NCBI GenBank assembly: GCA_008632985.1
Contig: QPGO01000053.1
Coordinates: 434,001 to 468,566 of the forward strand
Length of the DNA: 34,566 nt
DNA from: Psammoneis japonica
Taxonomy: Eukaryota
Direction of reading: 5' to 3'
Shown: positions 13,350 through 22,239 of the stretch, piece after piece
Layout: each line of letters opens with the position of its first letter
How positions within the stretch are numbered: position 1 is the first letter of the stretch
Program-made: the position numbers and the translations under genes
The notes under the pieces: generated by a model
Told to the model about the DNA's origin: nothing
Database searches by the model: none
What the model saw: the letters and a program-made list of their open reading frames with translations, nothing else

Positions 13350-14345
13350 ATCAGCAGTCATCAGCAGAATCACAGCCCCATTTCCATGTTGTTGGCAATT
13401 CCACCAGCCCTCCATGCTGTGCAGTCAGGATCCTTTTCATGGTGTCATGCAACGTGCACATTGTTCAAAGTCAAAAACTTGGGGGACAGCAGCAACTTTC
13501 TTGCTGCACATCCACCAGCTGCCTTGTGTGCTGGGCTCCATCATGCGCACATTGCCTGACACTCCATGACAGAGGTCCACTCTCACCACACCCAAGAAGT
13601 CTGCTGAGTCCTTTCAAATGCCCAGCACTGCAGCAGCTGGCAAATGGATGAGTTGGCTCTTTGGGCACAACTGTGGGAGAGCAACACCACGCTCTTTTGC
13701 AGCTCTGCACCTGAGCTGGACATTGGGCCCATGATCTCTTCACAGAAAAGGGCAAGCTGATTGTTCCAGCTCCTCTGCCCAGCACCACACATCCATCACA
13801 GTGCAGGAACAGAGCTGAAGAACGTCATTGTCAATGTGCTTCTTGGCCATGATGCTGGCTGCTTTAGTCTGTTCATCAAAGAAGCAAACAAATGTGTGAC
13901 GCCATGCAAAGAACTCACAATGTCACAAAAATCTGAGACTCCAAGTGCTCTTGAGCAAAATCTTTGTCAAAGTTCCATGAGGGGACAGCGCAGGCCAGCC
14001 AGCCACAAAGTTGAGGACCTGCGGATGATGCTCTTTCTTCAAAAGAAATCCATGTGTTTGTCGCATGCCTCCACTCACTTTGAACCCAGATGCAAAGCTG
14101 AGCATTCTTTAGATGGTCAAAAGTGTGCTGCAGCAGCATGCCTTTTCTGCTTGTCCAACCTGTTTTGGCCTCACTTCTTTTGCTGCAAGCTGTGCTTGGC
14201 AGATGAAAGAAGAAGCAGGTGTCTCACAGACACCACAGCTTCTTGTGTTTCAGGCCTCAAACTTCACATTGCGCTGATCCCAAAATCTGGCAGCAGTGGA
14301 GTGTGCAACACTGGGCTTGAGTTGAGGCTCCTTTGTCTGAACATG
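13350..14345 (-). pseudogene. Possible decayed gene of unknown function
   Basis: Protein-like broken frames and a possible gtgagt...aacag intron near 13870-13920, lying next to the unmutated patch at 14400-14750. Confidence 0.3.
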
Positions 14346-14533
14346 ATGACTTTTGTGGCACACTGGAGGTGTGCGCAATGATTTTCTTTTCATTGGTCCC
14401 CTCTGCTCTAGCCTGCCCCTGGCTAGAGCACGCGCGCGTGAGAAGTTCCCGTGCGACGTCACCTCTGTGCAAGTGCAGCGGGGAGTGGCGCGGGGCGGGG
14501 GGAGATGTTGTTGGCGGGAAAAATCGTCGCGCC

Positions 14534-14648
14534 ATGCTACAAATTGCTGAACACTTGGCAAAAACGCGCGTAAAGCACCTTCGTTCGCCTCTGAAGGGAA
14601 AATTTCCATTCGTTGAACTGTTGTACCAGTCCACGTAGAATTCTACAG
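14534..14648. repeat. Inverted repeat arm 1, partner 16148-16268, probably promoter sequence
   Basis: atgctacaaattgct...ttggcaaaaacgcgcgtaaagc.ccttcgttcgcctctgaagggaaaattt is the reverse complement of 16148-16268 with few differences. Confidence 0.92.
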
Positions 14649-15183
14649 AAACTCCCTCCGACGCGTCACTCGCGTCTCTCGCGCCTCTGGCTGAACAACA
14701 CGAGACAATGCGCGAAACGCCGTCGGTAGTTTGCGACAATGGCGCCACCCTTCACCGCACTTTCTGTCACTGCGATCATGTGGCACCGTCAATTAGACCT
14801 GCATGCATGACAGGTGATGTGGTTTTGATCGAAGCAAGCACATTGGAGTTGAGGTCCAAGTCAAAAAAGCATCGTGGGTTTCCTCTTGCCAGTGTTGCAA
14901 GGGATGCGTTGTGCTGTCGTCGCGATTCGCCAATAGAAGCTCAATTCAATTACACCATTCCCGGGACAATCGGTTCATTGGATGTAGATGCAAAAAGTTG
15001 GCAGTTGACCAGTTGAAGATTCCTCTGGGAGGCTGCTTCGTGTGTGATTGTTTCACCACCCTTTTTGCCGGCGGCGGGTTGCGAATGATTGCTGAGTTGA
15101 ACACTGTTGATGAATGAATGACACGACTGCAGTCATTTTGAACTTGAACATGTAGAGGCAAGCATGGCATCTGCTAAAGAGAA

Positions 15184-15735
15184 TCAGAGAAATGGGGTGC
15201 AAAACCAGAAGACAAAAGTCGGATGAAAGCTGGATGCAAAAAAGTTGTCTTTGATGTTTCTCTTCGGATGCTGCCAACTTTCCCTCTCCAATGAAAGAAA
15301 ACTAGAGAAATCTTTAGTTAGCTCAATGTTGGCAGCAAAAAGTTGTGAGATGCAGTGCTGCAATGCCACAAGAGGACAATGTTCAATCGGTGTCAGGTGT
15401 CGAAAATGCAACGATGCTGCATTTTTAAACTCTGTCGATGACAAGCATTCTAGTTGATCCTTTGACAATGCCACCACAGTTCTCAGATCTATTGCCTTTA
15501 AAACTGTAAGACAGAAACTTCTGCTCTCTTCTTCGATTTGCGACGTGAAGAGTTGAGAGCGAGCCACTCGCTCTGCCGACAGAAAAAAGGTCATGTTTGC
15601 ACTCCCGTGCCATGCATTCAATTTCTTCAACAAAATTGAACTCTGCCTTCTGGCGCATCTATCTGTCATGCAACGTTTCGCTTGATGGACTGCATTCCCC
15701 GGTTCAAGATCCCAGTCATGAGAAAGACGAGTCAT
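15184..15735 (-). pseudogene. Unknown ORF, partly mutated, diverging from the 16462 gene
   Basis: Open frame of 183 aa from ATG 15735 with no Tyr, in DNA of intermediate TA depletion. Confidence 0.35.
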
Positions 15736-16147
15736 GCGATCAATTGTTTTTCTTGAGCGCGAGCCATTTGTGGCCCTTTCATCACCTCGAACACCCACAC
15801 TGCAACACCATGTAATCAACATTCAAACAGCTTTCACAAGCTTTGGTTGTTGAAAGACAACTTAAGTCTCAATGCTGCTGAACAAAAGCAAACACTGCGC
15901 GAAACGCCAATTGGGATGTCAAAATGGCGCAAACAGAGAACAAATGTGAGTGAAAGCGCCAGCGGAAACAAAGCAAACACCACAGCTCTATTTTATTACC
16001 GTTAAGAGCATACTAAAGCAAGGGAGAGTGGTTAAGAGCTGCAGCATCGATGATAATAGGTGCCGCCATTGTCGGATACATTCCCGTGCTTCACCGTGTT
16101 GTGTTGTCGGGGGGAGTTTGTGAGTCTCAAAGCGGCAAGACTTTGCG

Positions 16148-16268
16148 CTGTACATTTCTACAGGGCTCTGGTACAAAATCGCAACGAAGAGAAATTTTCC
16201 CTTCAGAGGCGAACGAAGGAGCTTTACGCGCGTTTTTGCCAAGCAAGTGTTTAAGCAATTTGTAGCAT
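16148..16268. repeat. Inverted repeat arm 2, about 190 bp upstream of the 16462 gene
   Basis: Reverse complement of 14534-14648. Confidence 0.92.
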
Positions 16269-16461
16269 TGAAAGCGGGATCGCGCGCTCTAGAAGAGTTC
16301 TAACCCTCTATCGCTTTTATCCAATTCAAATTCGTATAACCTTCAACCTTCCTTCATTCCTTCAGAAGATGGTGTACCTATGCTCTAACTCTCTAACGAA
16401 GGCAACTAAGAGCTTCCCGATTCCCGACATTCATACTATCTCTCGAGAGTAGTATAGAGCC

Positions 16462-17443
16462 ATGTCTTTTTCAAACAAACGATCGCGAGTATCATGTTTC
16501 GACAATTACCTACTGGTAGCTTTGAAGCTCGTCGCCGATAGCAAATTTCTCGACAGCAAGGATCTCGGTCGCTTCTTACTGCTCACCTCCAAACGACTCT
16601 CCATGGAGATGTTTGACAATCGTCAAGGAGTTTGGAAGTGTTTGTGTGCGAACGAATGGAATTGGGATAATACAGTGGAAGTTGCGCGGTTCTCAGGAAT
16701 GACGGCGGAAAAGACGTTCCGCAAGCTACTTGCGCCGACCCTGGAGGGACCGGAAAGCAGGCCATTCTCCTTGCGACCTCTCAAGTACCGTCCCGAGGAC
16801 TATCTCTTTGTTGTCCAACTGTTTCATCAACCGAATGATAATCAAACGTATTTTCCCGGTGCTGCTGCCGACACGCCATTCTTTCACAAGGCTATTCCGG
16901 GAAAGTACCCCCTTTCATCTTTCTTTAACAGTGGATGCTCCTCTGCTCTGGTATTCGAGAAACCTATTTGGAAGGAACAAATACCCAAAGAAGCGAGAAC
17001 TGGTAGGACGCATTTCAATTTTCTGGCAAAGGTTCAAATCATGCGAATTCCAGACGAAATGATTATTCGTAAACTCTGTTCCGTAAGCTGCACGGATACC
17101 TTTATTACATCCAAAGTTGATGCAAGTGGGACATGCCCTTTGCTCGGTAGTCACGGTATACACCGAGACCGAGGACACAAAAATAGGGAGTGCCTATGGC
17201 AAGCGATTGATTGCTGAGCATGTGCCGGGATGCGCCGGTTTTGATTTTCATGTCGCTCTTGGCTATCGCCCAGGGACGACTGCAGAAGAAGGTGACTCGT
17301 TTGAAGTGTTTGCTCTACAAATTTTTGCCAATGTAAAGTTTGGTGGCAACACGCAACCATACCGTCAATATCAACAAACAATGGAGGAAAAAATACCCTT
17401 TGCGCATTTCTTGGAAGAGCTTCTTGCATGGGATGATAGCTAG
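16462..17443 (+). CDS. Hypothetical protein, paralog of 19415-20395, with an apparent frameshift near 17085-17150; F-box-like N-terminus possible
   Basis: ORF 16462-17217 matches the paralog to MRIPD; ORF 17117-17443 matches its C-terminus (EKIPFAHFLEELLAW versus EKVSFAHVLEALPSW). Both share the agagccATGtct start context. Confidence 0.8.
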
Positions 17444-18144
17444 AGACTCGTTTCGAGATTTCGTAGAGAATAAGGAAGATTACAGTTGTTGGGCTTCTTT
17501 GTCTCCTCCTTTTGATACGAATCCAATGATGGCGGGGATTGCAGGTTGACTGGCCCAGTTAGATGCGGTGGCCAGTGCCTCCAAAATTTCATTTCTGCAG
17601 ATTGAAAATCACGGGAAGCTAAAGACAGCTTTATTTCAATCATACCTTATCGTCCAAACCGTTTGTGCAACTGGGTCTATCTCAATCTTTGTTCTCGTAG
17701 AAGTTAGGAAAACCAAACTCTAGCTAGAGGGAGAAGTTACGGTAGAGATAGCTACTCTCTCTCTAGCATGCAGCGCAGAGCGCGCGCAGAGTAGCTAAAG
17801 AGCCGCTGTACAAGTACCCATTTTAGATCGGAGTTGACGGGGTCGAACGAATTGCGCAAAATCCGGGTTATATTGCGTAGAAATCTATTCATACAATCCC
17901 TGTAGTCTACCGGCCGGGCGTCGTCACACATCAAACATCAACCACACATACGGTACAAAGATCTGAAGGCGAGATCAAGATAGCTTGAGGTGAAGTCAAA
18001 CACGCTTCAGCTAAGGGTGAAGCCTCTTCAGCAAAAAGCCAACAGCACATTGGAAGCTATTGCTTTTGATTCAATCATAAATTACTTCAAGTTATTCTTG
18101 CACTTTTTCGTGTTACACATTCAGAGAAAGAATCATATTGCATC

Positions 18145-19306
18145 ATGTCGACTGCCTCTCTCAAGCCCTACATTGAAGTCCTTATTGAAGGTGAACGTCA
18201 CTTGACATCGGAAGAGACCGAGGCTGCCTTTGGTGAGATTCTGAAAGGAGCAGACCCCATTCAGGTTGGATCTCTATTGACATTGTTGAGAGCCCGCAAT
18301 GAAACCCCTGACGAAATCGCCGGTATGGTTCGAGCCATGAACCAAGCATGTAATTCTGTGGACTTGGCGCCCAGGAAACTTTTGGATATTGTCGGAACCG
18401 GAGGTGATGGTGCGGATACAATCAATATATCAACCGCATCTGTGGTGTTGGCTGCTGCCTGTGGTTGCACCGTGGCCAAGGCTGGAAATCGATCCGTGAG
18501 TTCAGCGTGTGGTAGTGCCGACGTGTTGGAGAAGCTGGGTGTCAAGGTTGACCTGAGTCCTTCTCAAGTGGTGGAATGCGTCGAACAGTGCAACATTGCA
18601 TTCATGTTTGCGCCCATTAATCATCCCGCCATGCGTCATGTGGCTCCTGTCCGTAAAAAGCTAGGAGTCCGTACGTGTTTTAACATTTTGGGACCCATGA
18701 CAAATGCGGCGGGAGCTCAGCGAGCCGTGATTGGAGTCTTTCATCCGTATCTTGTGGATCTCATGGCTGGTGCTCTTCAACAGGTCGGGCGTGTAGATCA
18801 TGCAGTTGTCATTCATGGCGTTGGATTGGATGAAATTAGCCCCTTGGGACCTGCAACTTTTGTGGAAGTAAGTGGCGACTTAAACATCACGCAGGAAGGC
18901 GTTCTAGTTTCCTGTGATCTCGTGTTCTCACGGTTTCGCTACTCTGTGCGAATTATAGATAAAAAATGTTGCTGCTCCGGGAGAAAAAAAGGAGTACGCA
19001 GTTGAAAAGAAAACTTTTGATCCGTTGGACGTTGGTATTGAACGATGCACCCTTGCCGAGCTCAAAGGAGGAGATCCGGATGAGAACGCTGAGAAATTCC
19101 GCAAAGTTCTTGAGGTTGGCCAAGAAATGGACGCAAAACGTAATGCAATCGTTTTGAATGCCGGTGTGGGGTGCTACGTTTATGGCCTTTCAGATTCGAT
19201 TGCCGCCGGATGTGAATTGGCGAAAACCACGTTGCAGAGTGGAAAGGCGACCGAGGTGCTGAAAAAGTGGATTGCCGTCAGTCAAGAAATTGCTGCCAAG
19301 TCTTAA
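18145..19306 (+). CDS. trpD: Anthranilate phosphoribosyltransferase, 356 aa; exons 18145-18867 and 18959-19306
   Basis: DIVGTGGDG..TINIST, VAKAGNRSVSSACGSADVLE, FMFAPINHPAM, RTCFNILGP..N, GLDEISP, IVLNAG. A 91-bp phase-0 intron GTAAGT...TAG (18868-18958) joins the two ORFs in frame. Confidence 0.96.
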
Positions 19307-19414
19307 GTCATCTGAGAGTCCAGTGTTGATGTAGCGTATTAGCAACCCATAGCGTAGTGCCATTCGAATGACGACAACGTGTGCAACTTATTACTATCGT
19401 ACCATCAAGAAGTA

Positions 19415-20395
19415 CTATTCCCAAGACGGCAACGCTTCCAATACATGAGCGAAGGAAACTTTTTCTGACCCGGCTGGTTCTTTATGATCGCAAAAACTCC
19501 TGACTACTTCCTCATCATCTTTGTCCCAAACAGCGACACTAAGGCGAAATCCAGAGACTCCAATCGAATCTCCCGCTGTGCTCATAGTCGTCGAGCTGTA
19601 CTCGAGCCACGGCACAACAACTCTAAAACTTTTGCACCCGCAGTGATCCATAACAGATCTTCCGTAGTCATTTGCCATTCTGTTCAAGTCCTCTCTCCCG
19701 TGGAATTGCATCTCGGTCATATCAACTTTTCGAATCTTCTCAGGTAGCGCAGCGGGGTCCACGGATTCGCGGTGGCTGTGGAAACAGAAATCGCGGATTA
19801 TCTTCCGGTCTGGAATCCTCATAAGTTGGACCTCAGCAATCCACTTTAACTGAATCCTGGCCAGATTGGAAATTTGCTTCTTCCACGGTGGATCACTAAA
19901 TTGGAAATCAACACAGCCGTCCTCGAAGAAGCAAGGTACCAGAGCTCCAGGAATCGCGATGTGGTAGATCGGGCAATCAGATTCAGGAATCATCGCAACG
20001 TGACAGAACGGAGACTCCGTGATACGACTGACAGTCCTCCTTTTCCAATGAGAGAGCTTGACAACAAAAAGATAGTCTTCGGGACGGTACTTGAGAGGGC
20101 GTAAGGAGAACGGCACTGGCGAAGCTAACAGTTTGCGGAAAGTCTCTTCAGGAGTCATACCCGTGAACTGCACGACTTGAGTCACATTCTCCCACTTCCA
20201 TTCGTTTGCACATAGACATTTCCATAGTTCTTGGCGATCGTCAAAAACCCCTTTGGCAAAACGTTTGGAGGTGAGCAACAACAAGCGACCGAGATTTTTG
20301 CTGTCGAGAAACTTGCTATCTACGACGAGCTTCAAAGCTGCCTGCACGTCATTGTCGAAATATGACACTCGCGATCGCTTGTCTAAACAAGACAT
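19415..20395 (-). CDS. Hypothetical protein, 326 aa, intronless; F-box-like N-terminus possible
   Basis: Intact ORF of normal composition with two paralogs in the window. FLDSKNLGRLLLLTSKRF...ELWKCLC resembles the end of an F-box motif (inference). Confidence 0.88.
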   Translation of the reverse strand: MSCLDKRSRVSYFDNDVQAALKLVVDSKFLDSKNLGRLLLLTSKRFAKGVFDDRQELWKCLCANEWKWENVTQVVQFTGMTPEETFRKLLASPVPFSLRPLKYRPEDYLFVVKLSHWKRRTVSRITESPFCHVAMIPESDCPIYHIAIPGALVPCFFEDGCVDFQFSDPPWKKQISNLARIQLKWIAEVQLMRIPDRKIIRDFCFHSHRESVDPAALPEKIRKVDMTEMQFHGREDLNRMANDYGRSVMDHCGCKSFRVVVPWLEYSSTTMSTAGDSIGVSGFRLSVAVWDKDDEEVVRSFCDHKEPAGSEKVSFAHVLEALPSWE

Positions 20396-20983
20396 GGCTC
20401 TAAGCTACTTCTATTCTCTCTAGAGATCGAGTGGATAGCGGGAAGCTGTTTTAGTTTCTGTTAGGACAAGATCCTCTACGGTATGTACCGGTACTTCTAC
20501 TTCTATTGGTTAGAGAGGCGCATCAAACGAACGCTCGCGCGACGCAAAATGTGCGTACACTGCTCAAGTTGCAAGTTTGAAAGTGATAAGTGATCGACTC
20601 TCTACCTACTCTATATAGAGTAGAGAGATAGCACTGCATGTGTATTATATAGCATATCATATTCTACAAAACACTTCTTTCTCCTCTTGTGTTATAATAA
20701 GTGGAAACGAAAAAGGAAAGCCCGAGAGGCTTCTGTCATATCTGTCAGCCCCACACGTTTTGAAATTCTATTTCTCCCTCCAATCTCCAACAAGAGAGTC
20801 ATGAGTCATCTATCGATTTGAATTGCTCTTTTGTGTTTCTACTTTAAATCTGGTTACAAAATAATAGCGCCAGAGCAGAGAGACGTTATTTCCATCGAAT
20901 CTTTTTCGTCTCGCTGTCATACACAAATCTCACAATATGCATCACGCATCACACACAAACAAGAACGCGACCCGTCGTTTTCT

Positions 20984-21387
20984 CTATTTCCCCGTAATGT
21001 CTCTTCTAATTTCCTTGGCAAAAGCTGATAGAAACCCCGGAATTCCTCTCATGGGTGGTTTCGGTGGACCTGCAGCAGACGAAGAAGCAGCGGCTTGCTT
21101 TCCCAATTCATCCAGCGTGTTGTTGATGTGCTGAGTACCCTCCTTTTTCATGGTTTCAATGCTTGTATGCGTTCGTAGGGCAAACCGTTGAAAGGTGCGT
21201 GACTCGGCGAGGCCTTTAATGAGAACCTCCTGTAAAGGAATACACGAATAAAGCGTTGATAGAGTCAAACGTACTCCAAGAACGAAACGAGAGGCATCGA
21301 AACATGCCGTTTTCGAACGCGACGGCTTCTCATCGCGGTACTTACGTTGGCGAGGTAATTTGCAAGTCTCTGGACAAACTGATTCAT
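20984..21387 (-). CDS. Small two-exon protein, 95 aa; exons 21387-21346 and 21229-20984
   Basis: A 116-bp phase-0 intron GTAAGT...TTTACAG gives MNQFVQRLANYLANEVLIKGLAESRTFQRFALRTHTSIE...DITGK. This resembles small eukaryotic proteins with a Y.ANE..V.GLANS..FQRFA.RT motif, possibly Mrx7/NCBP2-AS2-like. Confidence 0.85.
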
Positions 21388-22239
21388 TTTTTGTTTTGAA
21401 AATACCTTCAAATACAAGAAGACAACTTCTTGACAAACTATGCGAAGACAGAGGTAGCAAAAATACGAAGTTAGTAGAGGCTGTCAACGAACGTCGTGGT
21501 TCTTGGTTCTTGGTTCTTGGATTGCTGGTTGCTGGTCGGTTGTCGGTTGGCAAAAGTCGATCGAAAATCTGCTCGTGACGTTGGCGCCACGTCTCTTTCC
21601 GTAGAATTCTACGAGAAGTCGTGGTATACCAACGTCATCACCTCTGATCGACAGCCGGACGGCTGACATACAGAAACACCAATAGGAATCATTCGGGTCC
21701 TTAGAGTCATCACGTAGAAATTGTGTAGGAGAGTACTAAAAATAATTATTATCAGTCTGTCCATCCGTCCGTATACGAATGTCAACTTCTCGGGAAATCA
21801 ATTGAAATGCTGTCTGATTGACGGCATTTTGATTCACATAGTGAAGGCCAATGCCGTCAACCAGATGGCATTTCAATTCAGTTCCCGAAAAGTTGTTAGC
21901 TCTAATCACTCTCTCGTATGACATTGTGCACATTTCTGCACGATTTTGTGTTTTTCCTCACGCAAAATGTCAATTGTGACCTACGCGACATTTTCGAATG
22001 ACTCCCATTGACATCATGCACGATGATGCCGGCCACTTCAACCACAACAGCAGAGCGGCATCACAATGCTCTCTGTGCACCATGTGATGTGGACAGTGGG
22101 TGGAGCAAAAAGGGATCAACTGCCAGCTGCTGCCGAGAATTCATTGGACCAATTTTGTTTTCCGAGTCCGGCGCAGCGCTCCCACCTGTTTTTTTTTTTG
22201 CTGAACATCCTTTTTTTTGCTGGCGGCAAGCCACATGTG

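Larger units (their letters stand above)
1..14400. other. Left TpA- and CpG-depleted, TG/CA-rich domain of decayed elements and gene fragments
   Basis: TA is rare and survives mainly as TTAA/CTAA/CTAG/GTAA; CG is scarce. Six-frame ORFs are almost Tyr-free and rich in His/Cys. Confidence 0.93.

Noticed and set aside
13535..13575. LCHGVSGN on the minus strand as a LanC-like motif
   Set aside because: Flanking residues do not fit, and His/Cys enrichment makes chance matches likely.
1..14400. Classical fungal RIP
   Set aside because: RIP converts CpA to TpA and enriches TA; the reverse is seen, and the partner copy is unmutated.
21497..21550. (TGGTTCT)3 and neighbouring short repeats
   Set aside because: Low-complexity tract upstream of the small gene with no evidence of function.
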